DNA of 64,000 nucleotides from Amoebophrya sp. A120. Lineage: Eukaryota > Protista > Dinoflagellata. Where the stretch lies: NCBI GenBank assembly GCA_905178155.1, contig CAJINV010000003.1, positions 9,617,979 to 9,681,978 of the forward strand, written 5' to 3'. The translations under genes and the position numbers were made by a program. Under the pieces are notes generated by a model. It was not told the DNA's origin, made no database searches, and was given only the letters and a program-made list of their open reading frames with translations. This document shows positions 1 to 11,599 of the stretch, one piece after another. Positions within the stretch are counted from its first letter, which is position 1. Each line of letters opens with the position of its first letter.

Positions 1-1984
1 TGGCCGCCATGCCACCACGCCTAGCGCTATGAATACTTACACGGCGGCGCGGCGGCCGAAAAAAATCGCTGCCCAAAGCTGCCCGCCTTTTGGGTTTGTT
101 GAGGCGAAAGGCCTGCGCCGCGTGCGGGCTACCAACCTTGCTGCTTTCAGCGGCGCCGCCATCTTTTTCTTTGCTTTTTCTGTTTAGGCGCCGCCCTCTT
201 TGGGCTGCCCCCTGCGTTAAAAGATCCCGGCTTCGATGGTTGGCAGGCGTTGCGACGTCGAGGGCGTGCAAAAATGGCGCCAATGGCATGCGGATGCGCG
301 GTTTATCTCGTACGGGAGCGCTCCTCAGTACGGGGGCGCTCCTTCTGCCGGCCCCCCTGCGCCGTTTCAGCAGGCGGCAAGCTATAGAATGGCGTCGGGC
401 GTGCTTGCTTGGCGGCAAAGCCCCGGCCGCTTCATAATTGAAAGCCTCCAGCGCCGGCCAAAAAAACACGCCCGGCCGCCTGGGGGCTGCTGGCCGTTTT
501 GCTTATATATGGGGCGGCAAAAAAGGCGCAAGGATGGAACGTCTGCTGCCTCGCTGCATCCTACCAAATAGCTATAGCCGCCGGGGCGGTGGTAGTGAGG
601 TCGCGCCGGGTTTTCTGGCTGGGCGCGTCCGCAGCAAACGCAATTCATAGCCCGCCCCGAGTGCAAAGGCAGGGCCCTACTTTTGTCCCCATCATAGCGC
701 GGCGCATGTCATTAATCAGCATGGCAACACACACCGCAAAAGGCGCGGCGCAAAAATGGCGCCGGGCCGCTGCTGCTTTTAGAGACGGAGCGCCTTCCTG
801 CACGCCATGACCCCGCTAGGGGCTCCACCAGGGCCGGCCCTATGCGCCCCCGAAATCCGGCCCGTAGCATGCGCATTAGCTTCGCTTGCTGCCTGTGGCG
901 GCTTTTGCAGTTTTTCTCTTTTATGTCAACGCCGCGCGTTTTGGCGTGCTCCCCGCAATAGAAATGGCCGCCCTTTGCGGCCGGCTTTGCGACCTCCAAA
1001 AGTGGGCAAAAACGAGGCCAATGCATACCATGGGGCTCGCGGCATGTGGATTCGTAGCATTTTCTTGGCGCACCTTTTTGGGCGCCCCAAATCGGGGGAA
1101 GCAGGTGCGCCGGGCGCCTCAGGGCGGCGCCCTTTTTGCCGGCCCCCTGCGTCGTTTTATCAATCGGCAACCGATAGAATTCGCGCGGGCTTGTTTGGTA
1201 TCAAAGCGAAAGCCCTGACCGATTGGCGGGCGGAAGCTTTTTTTTACATCCAAAAACGCTTCCGGCCGATTGCAAACTTGCTGCCGTTTTGCGCGATGGG
1301 CGGCGAAAAACCCTCCCTGGCTAGAGCCGTTCGGTGGCCTCAATGCATGCAACTCTGCCAGCCAGCCTCCGTCTGAGGGCGGCTGCTTTTCTCGATCCTT
1401 CGCGGGCCCCTTCCCGGCCCGGGATTGGGGGGTAGGGTTCACGACATTGCCGGCGCGCGGGGGGGTCTCTTGGATCTGCTCAATCCAAGCTGTGCCGCAA
1501 CGGCATGGACTTCGGGCGTGCTTTTGCGGCAGGCACCAGGCAGACCTGCAGGCCCGGCGACTACTTCCTCGCGCCGGCCTTCGTGGCAGGCCGCATGGTC
1601 TCGGGCCCGACTCGCCCCCCTACTGGCGGCCTGTTCCCCGCTGCGCCCCTCGGGGGGGGCGCCCTCCTCGTGCGTATGGAATGGCGCAACTCGTGTGGCG
1701 TGCGTGCCCTATGAGTGGGGAGCCACCTCACGGACGTACACGCCGCAGCCGATTAGACTCCGGATATTGCATTTGGTATGGTGGGAGAGGGTTTGTGCCC
1801 ACATCAGAAGCTCCCCAACCTGAAAACGAACTTCTTCCGGAGCTCTCTCTCAATTACAAGCGCAATATATAATGATAAAACTACTCAGAAATAACGCGAG
1901 GCCTATCTGTACCAGACAGAGGAAAAGAAAACCGAAGCGGCAGCAACGCGCCCCTCGTTTGCACTTCCGGAGGTGTTCGATTTG

Positions 1985-4006
1985 TCATGACTGCCATGGC
2001 TTATTTTCCTTCCTGATAATTGCAAGCAGGCGCCGAAGCAGAGGCATTCCATTCTCTGCCAAAATGGCGGTCCGGCAAGCGGGGACTTCTGCCAGTATCG
2101 CTAAGGCGGCACAAGCGTGCAGGGTTACGTCAGAAGGCGCAGGAGGAGTATCAGACCAAGCAGACAGTGCGGTTGGCACTGGCAGCACCCCCGCGCTTTC
2201 GACTGCGGCCGCGGCGCCGTACGCTTTTCGCTCTGCCGTCTCGATTGACACGCGCGGGCACGAAATGAGAGCGCCAGCAGTGGCCGACGTGTGGCGATAC
2301 AGAGCGTTTAAGCATGCGAAAGCGCCACCTCCTTTCAAAATGCCTTCTCTGTTCAACGGATCGGCGGCCAGGCTACCAAGAACGAACGCGCCGTATGATT
2401 GAATCTTCTCGTCCAAGGCGTGCCGTTCCATCGCGTAAATTAGTGCGGAAACTGTTTCCCCAAGATTTGGCCAGAAAGCGCCCTCATCGGTGTACAGTGC
2501 AAGCAAACGAAATACGTCTCGCGTAGCTTCCAGACCGTGGCTCCCACATATTGCAACCCGTAAGACTTGCAACACCCCATTTCGTACCAGCACCGGCCTC
2601 AAGTCCGGCCTTTTGCTTAAGTCGGCCAGAAGTGCAAGCGCGTGGCTGTCGCTTTCCCCCAGCGACGTCTGTAGGCACTCTGCTATGGCGTGCAGGATTG
2701 AAGACAAATCTTCCTTGGCGATATATTTCCCAGCACCTTCAGCGTCGAATTTTACCATGAATCGGAGAAAATGCAGGGCGTACCGGGATACAGAAGCGTC
2801 GTAGCGTGAGAGAGTCACCAGAGCACTCGGCAATAAAGCCCACAAGTCTGCCAGAAGTGCGCTGCTTCCTGCTCCATCCTCTACTATCTTGGAATTGTCT
2901 GCGAGAATTGTAGCTGCCTGCGCGGCTGTTCGCAAACAAGAAGCCGCGACGTGTCGATCATGGCCTCCGAATTCCGTCAGAGCAACACGAATACCTCGTA
3001 TGCCGTTGCTTCCAGCAATCACGCGTGGTCGCTCCAGGCTAATGGACTGCAGCACAGACGCTCCGTAGCGGATTGTGAACAGGTCCGACGGAAATTTTTC
3101 CATCGCAGTCAGAACGGCAAATAGAAAAGAACCACTGCCGTTTAACAACCAAGAGCGCGGCTGTGCATCCTCAGAGAGCAGGCCAAAGAACCACGAGCCA
3201 TGCCGCTGCACCAACAAGCTCCGTGGGAACGTGGCCATGTTCTTTGCGACAAGGTCAGCCGCCCCCATGCCACAGAGTTGCTTTAGTACTCCGAGCTCTG
3301 ACAAACTTGCAAAGCGCGCTAAAACAAGAAGCAACCTTTCGACGACGGCGACCGCACTTCCGGCATCGCTCAAAATGCGCAAAACCGACCTAAGGCCCAG
3401 GGCGGAGTCCCACACTTCCCAAGCATTCCGCTCGGATTGGGCCGTCCACAATGCCAGGACTCGAGCGCCCTGCTGCTGCGCTTTACCATTTCGCGAGTTC
3501 AAACTTGCGACCGCCTCATCCGAGCGTCCTTTGTAAGCATCTACCAGAAATTGGGGGACGTGCTCATCTGCAATGCCCTCTACCGCCCGAACGAATGGAG
3601 ACAGCTCCTCTCGCTCGACATTCATCAGGGAGCGCAAACTCTGTACCTCAGCCTCGCGGGCCGCTAAGCGCTGAAACAGAATGCCCATCATGTCTGCAGT
3701 CTCCACGGGTGAAAGTCGGACTTCGAATGAAGGCATCGCTGGCAAGTGCGTAGGATCCTCCCGAGCGAGGCGGCGCTCGCGTGCAGTGTGATTTTTGAGA
3801 AAAAGCTGCAGGTCACTGTCCGATTCGAGCAGGACCCGCGACTGCCCACTGACGCCTGTGAAAACAAAGCGCTCCACTGGTCGGCCGAGAATGAACTGGA
3901 AACTTTCGCTCATCGTCCTGGTTAAGGACTCCATACTCCTGCAGCCATCCTCCCCTACTTGCGCTTGGTGGTGGCCGACAAGTGACAGCAAGACTCCGCT
4001 CGCCAT
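1985..4006 (-). CDS. Single-exon armadillo (ARM)-repeat protein with a possible N-terminal PB1-like segment (673 aa)
   Basis: Long ATG-initiated ORF of normal composition. It has repeated ARM-like helical motifs (MATFPRSLLVQRHGSWFFGLL, AMEKFPSDLFTIRYGASVL, AMERHALDEKIQSYGAFVLGSLA, HACAALAILA). RVLLESDSDLQLFL resembles a PB1 acidic motif. The 3' end may be frameshifted or extended. Confidence 0.72.
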   Translation of the reverse strand: MASGVLLSLVGHHQAQVGEDGCRSMESLTRTMSESFQFILGRPVERFVFTGVSGQSRVLLESDSDLQLFLKNHTARERRLAREDPTHLPAMPSFEVRLSPVETADMMGILFQRLAAREAEVQSLRSLMNVEREELSPFVRAVEGIADEHVPQFLVDAYKGRSDEAVASLNSRNGKAQQQGARVLALWTAQSERNAWEVWDSALGLRSVLRILSDAGSAVAVVERLLLVLARFASLSELGVLKQLCGMGAADLVAKNMATFPRSLLVQRHGSWFFGLLSEDAQPRSWLLNGSGSFLFAVLTAMEKFPSDLFTIRYGASVLQSISLERPRVIAGSNGIRGIRVALTEFGGHDRHVAASCLRTAAQAATILADNSKIVEDGAGSSALLADLWALLPSALVTLSRYDASVSRYALHFLRFMVKFDAEGAGKYIAKEDLSSILHAIAECLQTSLGESDSHALALLADLSKRPDLRPVLVRNGVLQVLRVAICGSHGLEATRDVFRLLALYTDEGAFWPNLGETVSALIYAMERHALDEKIQSYGAFVLGSLAADPLNREGILKGGGAFACLNALYRHTSATAGALISCPRVSIETAERKAYGAAAAVESAGVLPVPTALSAWSDTPPAPSDVTLHACAALAILAEVPACRTAILAENGMPLLRRLLAIIRKENKPWQS

Positions 4007-6889
4007 GTCGATTTGCTGACCGCTGAAACCCTAAGCCAAATTCTGAGTCCGTTCGAAATAGAAAACAAACTAGCCACCCCATCAGGTTTAGGGGGTGGCC
4101 CCTCATGTCTAGCAGCCAGCGCTACGAGGAATCGGTCGCGTGCTCGCTACAACGCAGCACAGCCAGCTCGTGTTTTTCAAGAGAATCGCTCACGCGGCTG
4201 CTTCGGCAAAAACGGCAAAGAGCGATCTGACACCTTTCTTGCACCTATGCGAGATCTCCGGCGAAGTGCTTTGCGCAGTACCTACTCAAGGAACACCGAA
4301 AGAAGCGCGTGACACCTGCGCCGCAAATCTTCTGCGGGCGACGTCTTAGGGGGGTCGGACATATAGGGCTGGGGCCCCACCAAATCCACAAACCTTGAGC
4401 CGCACGCGCTCCCAGCGCGGCGTGGTCGGTCCGGGGCGTGCCACTCCGCATTGTCACATGGGGCGCCGCCCTACTGCGGTCGGGGATAAAAAAAGCAAGG
4501 GAGGCCCGCGGGCGCAGGGAGTACGAAAGCGGTTAAGTGCGCTCTCGACAAGAACGAGGCGGGAAGTCACGCCACGGCCCCCGGCGGCGCCACTCGTTTT
4601 GCTGTCTCACTGCGAACACAAAGAGAACTGCCCGGGCAGAACTCTTCGGCGACCCCGTTTCATATTCTGCGCGCCCCCGCCAACAACGCGCGAGCCGTCA
4701 TCGCCGCACCAGTAGGCGTGGCGCACCGAGGCGGGCGGGCTGCGCTATACTGCGTAGTCGGTTGGCGCAACTGCTTGCGCAACACGGCTCGGGGGGGCCG
4801 CGTCACATTTTTCGTGCCGGCCTTGCGGAATATCTTTGAAAGCCCGAGAAGGCTGCCGGCACCACGCTGCACAGCTGCGTTGGGAAGTGGCGCCCCTACT
4901 GGCGCGGGCCGCTGCAGCGGGCGGGGCCGTAGGGTCACCGCCGGCGGCTTGCCCCGAGGGCAAGCCGCCGAGTCTCCGCGCCCCGGGGCTGCGCACCACG
5001 CACGCCCCGCGGCGGCAAAAGCGAGGCGCGGGCCACCTCGCCCCCCACCCCGCATAAGGAGGGCCGGGGCGCCAAGGGCGCCAAAGCTGGCGCGCCCGCG
5101 CCCGAGCAGAAGGCCGCAGGAATCCCCCCGGCGCGGGGCCCGCAATCGTCACGGCTGGCCTGCAGCAACCGCCCGGGCCTTTTTTCCCTGCGTAGCTCCC
5201 TCCGGCTTCCGGAGTTGCGCCCCTTTCCGCGACCCCCCGAACGATGCGGGCCGCCGGATGGCCCGTCCGAAAGTGACACCACCATGGCCCCGCGCCGCGC
5301 AATATGTAAGCAGGCACGCGCCTAGGCCCGTCCCCGCGTCCCCGCGCCCCCGAGCCCCGCGGGCCTGCCGCAACGCGATGCATGGGGGCAGGCAGTTCCT
5401 GGCCATACCCGTCAAAGGGCCAACCAGATCGGCCCCTGGAAGGATGGCCCGGACATGAAAAAGCGCGAAGGGGCCCCGCGCGAAATTAATCCGAAGGATA
5501 GCCACTCCCCTCGCGTGGGCTCTTCGGCTGGCGGTGGGAGGGTTGGCCACCTGGGTGGCGCGCGCGAATATGGTCAGCGATTTGCTGCGCATACACATCG
5601 AAAAAGGGCGCGCGCGGAAACACCTGGGCCCCCCGGGGAAACAAAACACGCCAACACAAAATGGCCCCGCAACTGGACAGGAGCAACCCCGGGAATCAGC
5701 GGGGCGAAAAGGGTGCCGCTGGTGTGCCAGCCATGTGCCGGGAGTGCGCCAGACGCGTGCCACGGGCCCGGCTTTTTCCAAATCACCGGAAGACCGGCCA
5801 GAAACCGGCAAGCCCCGCGGGGGGCCTTCGCTTTTCGCTTTTTTCTGCCAGATTTTTCGGCCAAAAAACAAAACGCATTCCCCCCCCCCGCCCAAATTAC
5901 AGAAATAGGCCCGGCAGCCGAACCCGGGCGGCCACCCATGGAGCAGACCAAAGCTGCCGGCCGCTCGTGCGCCGAAGGGCCCCCGCCCACGACCGTGATC
6001 CGAGCACCAAATCCCCAAACCATGCCGGGGCCCCCAGCATTTCACCGGGAAGCGGCGAGGTCGAACGGGTCGCGGGAAATGCAAGCAGAAGCACGCCCAA
6101 AGCGTTTTTTTTTTGCATTTTTTCCGGCATTCGTGATTTATTTTCGTACTTTTTCGGCTACTGGTGGGGGCCGATCTTATTGAGCAAGGCCTCCGGACGA
6201 ACCTGGCCCCGCGCTCGGGCTTGTCTGGCCGCACGCTGTGCGAAAAGCTCACGCGGCGCGTCCGCGAAAGGCAGAAAAGCCGCTGCCCTTGGCCCGGCTA
6301 AGAAAAAGGCCCCTAACCTTTCGCAAGTTTGACGCGGCCATCTGCACCCCCATCACGTAGGAAAGCACGCCTCTTGGCCGCAGCACCATGCATCCGCGCG
6401 AGGCCCGCGCGGCCCCCCTGCTGACAAAAGCCGCGCAGGCACTCGCCACGCCCCCTGCGCAGTCAAAACGCGCGCCGTTGTCGCGCCCACCTTGTCGCGC
6501 ACCGAGAATCCCTCCGGCCGGCCAGCTTCGCCGGAAAGTGGTTTGGTCGCGCGAGTTTTCCACACGAGGAGAGGAAAAGCTTTCCACTAGTGTTCCCCCG
6601 GTCAAGTTTGCGCATTGAGAAGGCAGTGAAAGCGTCGGCCTTGAAACGTGCAGCGCCTTCGTGAGCGTGCAGTCGGCCAGACCTCTTCGTCAGTCTTCCT
6701 GTTCTTTAGCAAGCAGCTGTGCCAAAGCATAGCTAACCAATCTAAAAGTTACTTAAAGTATAATCTGGGTCGTGGGCCGCTCCACGAAAAACCTTGTTGG
6801 GCGGAGCAAAAGCTCCTAACCACTCACGTGCCAACGACAGCACCTCCCGCGACTGAAGTGCCAAGCTCGTACGCGTCGTTCGTCGCGCC

Positions 6890-7520
6890 TTGCAGGAAAC
6901 CCAGCTCCAAGCCCAAATCGCGGCCGCTCCATGGAACGGGAAGCACACATCGACCCCACGCGTGATTAGCGACGCCGTTCAAAAAACAAAGCGCTGGGCT
7001 CTGCATAGTTTGCCAGCAATGCAGTTTTTCGACAAAATTCCCGACAAAGGAGTTCCAATACATCGACGGCGGCCCGAAGCCCGGAGGGCGCTCAGTGTTG
7101 TAACTGACAAAGAGGCAAATGGTCGCGCGTGTGTAGGCCGGATTGGCGCGAGCCCGCTTCAAGGTCCGCTGGTCGTAGACTAGAACGTCTGATGGTCGCA
7201 GGCTTGTTCTCAAAGGACCAGACTTTATGGATGTGCACCACATTCTCGCCTTATTGTGTGAGTGACCCAAAACGTCCAACGCGCCCAAGTTCTCCGGTGT
7301 ATTTGTCAGACGGCTGCACTGTCGAAAATTGTCCGGAAAAGTCAGCAACGCGAGCCGGCAGATGTACCGTCCGGCGGGCCTACACCAAGCTGGCGCAACC
7401 AGTTGCGTTCCTTTGCTATCGCCACTCAGCCCACGCAGGTTGCAAGAGGGTGAAAAAGCTCCCGGGGCTGCCTGCTAGAGTATCTATCGGCACAAGCTCC
7501 ACAGCCCGAAACCAAGAGCG
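6890..7520 (+). pseudogene. Possible degenerate retroelement RT relic (DIRS-like?)
   Basis: Less GC-rich patch with fragmentary motifs (KGVPI, VTDKE..G...GP, VRRAYTKL) loosely like DIRS-type RT. Interrupted by stops and frameshifts. Confidence 0.22.
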
Positions 7521-10208
7521 CCTGGGCCCAGGCGGCATCAACATGCAGGCCCCGCGCCACCGATCGAAAGGCGCCGGGCCCCATCCTGCACTCCCCTCCG
7601 AACACCCTGCGAGGCCCCGGGCGGATGGGCAGCAGGCCCAGCCGCAACGCCAAGCACCTACCTATGAGCGCACACGATGCCAAATTGGCCAAAAGGCTAC
7701 AGGAAAGCGCCTGGCTGCACCAGGCAAGCGGTAACGGTCGTGTGTGCGGGCGACCCACCGACCGAGAAAGCGTTTGCCGGCCTTGAGTTCTACCTGCAAG
7801 AATTCAGCCCCGCGGCATTCGCGCGGAGGGAATTCAGCCAGCCCTTAGCCTGGCGGCGATCACGTGCAGCGCCGAGCCTTGCCGGAGCGGACTTCTCTTG
7901 CGTGCAGGGCAAGCGGCCGGGGCTCGGCAACGAGAAAAGCCTAGCGCTAGCGCGCGACGCCAAATCTATTTCGCACGCGGGAACGTAGCCGGCAGACCCG
8001 CGAAGTTTCCTAAACGGGCCGGGGGGGGCCGCACTCCACCGAACGCGTTTTGGCGAGGGGCCGCACTTCTGCTGTGTCCTTCTCCCGTGCGCGATTGGCA
8101 CAGGCTGCCGGGGCTGCAGGGTGTGGCCTTCCGCTCCGCCGGCCCGCCCCGCGAGAGCGATAGGCACACAATCACGCCGCCCGCTGCAGGGGGGCGCGCC
8201 CGCATTAATATGGCGCCGCGGGGGGCTGCTCCAGCTACCAAAACCGACTGCGCAAGCAGCACTGCGCCCGCCAGTCGCAACGAACGAGGGGCAACAGCGA
8301 AGGGCATACACGAGGACAGCGCTTGCGGGCGCGAGAGGGCCTGTCTCTGAAGAGCCCTCTCGCGCCGGAGGGACTCCACCGCCCTCCTGTGTATTACGAA
8401 GGCGGCCGGGGAGTTGCCATGCACTTGCACTGCCAATTTGACAGGCGCTCCCGAGTGGATACCCCCATCCCTCTGCGTCTCCACAGCTTCCTCCTGTCCC
8501 GGAACGAACCCAAGGAAGGCAGGCAAAGCGAAAGCCCTACCACCGCCCCGCTCCCCGGTCCGAAAAATTTCGCGCGCGGAGCATCTATGCCCAACAAGAG
8601 GTGGCCGCGCAACCTGCTGTTTTTCGCATGTCCCCAAACCCCCGCCCTTTCTTCCATCCGACCGGCTACCCCCGGCGGGCGAACCGCTGCTCCCAAGGTA
8701 TGTGGCCCGCGGACACGTGCTTCGCAGGCCTGGCATATGCGCGGAACTGTGGCAGGCTAGTGCTGCCATCGCGGTTGCGATCGCAAACAAAGAAGCGAAT
8801 GACGGCGCACCGGCGCAAACTTGGCAGGCTGCACAGGATAGCGGGTGGATTCTTTCCCGACGAACGTCCCATGACCGTTGGCAAAAGTCGCGCCAGAACT
8901 GCCAGGCGCCCTGTCCCGAACATTATGAAAGCAGGCCCGCGAAGGCGAAACTCCCTTCGACGCCCGCCTGCGGCGTCCCTTTTTTAACGCGCTCGGCGAA
9001 TGCTGAAACTCCGGACAATTCTTGATGACCATACGGAACGACAAACGTTACGCCGGGCTGAAGTTTGCCATGAGTTTGAATGTAATCGAGCAGCAGCGCT
9101 CGCTTCTTCCAAAATCCGGCCGCACTACCCGCCCCGGAACAGCAACTGTAAACAACTTGGCGCGCGCCGGTGCGTGGCGTTGTATGGTGCCCGCCAGCCC
9201 GTGCGCGGGCGCCAAACTTTTCCAACAACGCCGGGAGTTTAACTTCGCGGAGCCCCTGCGCTGCAATATAATACGGCCATGCCCGGGCGAAAACGCGACG
9301 CCCTGGCGTAAGCATGCGCCAAGCGGAGCCGTCTAGGGGCTATGCGCATTGTTGAAACTCTCTCTTCGCCCAGGGGCGCCCTTGCGGGGCCTTTGCTACA
9401 GGCACGCTTTAAAATTTCCAACCAAAGAACTAAAGAAAAAGAACCACGGCCGGGCAAGCAAGGGCGGCGCCTGATAGGGCCCCCTAAAAGGCCGGCCGGC
9501 TGGCAATGTCGCCTAGTCGGATAGCACCCGAGGAGGCCACCTCCGCGCCCTGGCGCCGGTCTTTGCCTCCGGCCGGGCCGGCGCGCGGGCCGTCCGAAAC
9601 GGCCAGGCGAGGCCCTGCTGCCGCGCCGGTGATACAGAAAGGGCCCGCCTCACGCGTGCGAAGAGCTGGGCCAGGGAAAGGAAGCGAGAAAGCGGGCGCG
9701 AAAGGCCGCACCGGGAAGCGCCTGCACGCGCTACCCCCTACCTTGCTGGGCGGCCCCAGCGGGCCTACGCGGTCTCGGAAAAACATCCTGCGGACGCAGT
9801 GCCCAAACTTGCGAGAAGGGGCCGACGCCCTTCGGGTCGGTGGCGCAGCCCCCGGTCGGCCAGAAAAAAAAACTCGCCCGCTTCGGCCCCAAGAATAAAG
9901 GCTCTGGCTTTTCGGGGTTAGAGACTTCCCGTGGGCCCAGTAGCTTTCGCAAAGTAAAATCTCGGCGGCCCACGACGAGAAAAAAATGAAAAAGAACGAA
10001 AGGCAGAAAAAGGCGGCGCCAGGCCGTAGCCCGGCGCAAAGCTGCAAGGAAAAGGAAAGCGGGGAAAAGTGCCAGCCGGCTGGGGCAGGGCGAAAAAGCG
10101 AGACCTGCGCGCGGGTGGGCTACAAAAGCACAGCCCACAAATCAGGAAAAAGCGGAAACACAGCGGGGCAAGATCAGAAAATCGGAAGTGTACAGCTGTG
10201 AGCGGAGC

Positions 10209-10295
<87 letters not shown>

Positions 10296-10296
10296 T
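10209..10296. repeat. (GCGT)22 microsatellite
   Basis: Perfect tetranucleotide run read directly from the sequence. Confidence 0.97.
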
Positions 10297-11089
10297 GTGC
10301 GTGGTGTTTTGTGTGTTTTGCGCGCGCGCATGTGTGCGCGGAGCAGCGTTTTTGCGCGCACGCACACACACCTGATGTTCTGCACGGCGGCACGGCGGCC
10401 GATAAAAGTCGCGGCCCGAAGTTAGTTGCAAGCCGTTTGTGGCCGTCGAGAGAGACAACGCGCGCCGCCCCATGCTGTGGCCCCGCCCTGGCCCCCACAA
10501 GGGCCGGCCCTTGGGCGCCCGGGGAAGGCGGAGAAACCTCGCACCAGAGAAAATGCACCAGCCGCCGCGGACCGAATTTTTCTTAGCGGCTTCGCAAGCG
10601 CGCCAGCGCAATGGGCGCGCGGCCCTGGAAGAAGGCCGGCGCGCTCCGAAGGGCGTCCCGGAAGAGCGGCCCTGCCCGTACCGAGGCGACTTCGCACGGC
10701 TTAGAGTACGAAGCGCCCCAAGTCGGCCCGGTGGATCCGGTAGCGAGCCTCGCTCAGCCGGAGAAACATTCGCCCGGCCCCCAAGCCAAATATCGATAAG
10801 CGGGACCGCACGGCGCGGAAAGTAGGTTCCTACACTGAAAAAGAACCAGGCGAGCCAGTAAACGCTGCAACTTCCCTCCCCATCCATGGCCGCAGAGGTC
10901 CTCTGCGCAATCAAAGCCTTAGGGCGGCGCTGCAAGCGAAGGGCCGCCATCGAGCCAAACCTGAAACAAGGCGCAGGCCAGCAGAAGTCAACAGCGGCCA
11001 AAGAATACCCGCCGCGGCCGGCGGGCGGAGTGAAGTGATATTCGCGGCGGCCCCTTTGTCCTGCTAGCAAATTATACCCAGCGCAGGCG

Positions 11090-11277
11090 CCCGACCGAAA
11101 AAGTCAACATGTGCGCTCGCCTCTAGGTGGGCGAGAAACTGTCTGGGCACTGTCGAGTTTTCTGCGAGTAAATGTCTGTTTCAGAGCGAAACTCTAAAAC
11201 ATCTTGCAAGGCGAGGCACCACCCGACCGAAAAAATCAATTGTGTGCTCGCTTCTTCAGGCGAGCGAGTGACTGTCT
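11090..11277. repeat. Two diverged ~55-bp direct repeats (11090-11144 and 11222-11277), possibly within the 3' LTR/UTR of the old copia
   Basis: CCCGACCGAAAAAGTCAACATGTGCGCTCGC...ACTGTCT versus CCCGACCGAAAAAATCAATTGTGTGCTCGC...ACTGTCT. Confidence 0.6.
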
Positions 11278-11599
11278 ACCATACTATTTATGTTCCTGAT
11301 TGTAAGTAGTTGGTGACCAGTGTCGCAACCGGTCACCACCATGAACTGAAGAAACACTGCCCGTTTTAGCTATGAACCAACAGTCACGGGGAGTTACCAG
11401 GGGGACAGCAAGCCGAGACTCACCATCATCCCTGGTTTCAGAACGTAGCAATACTACCGCCTCCGTACGGCTACTATCAACCTCCACACAGCCACGAGGT
11501 CCAAAACAAGCCGCCTCTGCTTGCCCTTCCTCGCGTCAAACAGATGCCATAAAAACGTCAGGTCCTAAGCAAGACTCCTCTTCTTGCCCTTCCTGCCTA

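Noticed and set aside
4660-6332. Long overlapping ORFs such as 5149-6252 (367 aa)
   Set aside because: Same compositional artefact; no recognisable motifs.
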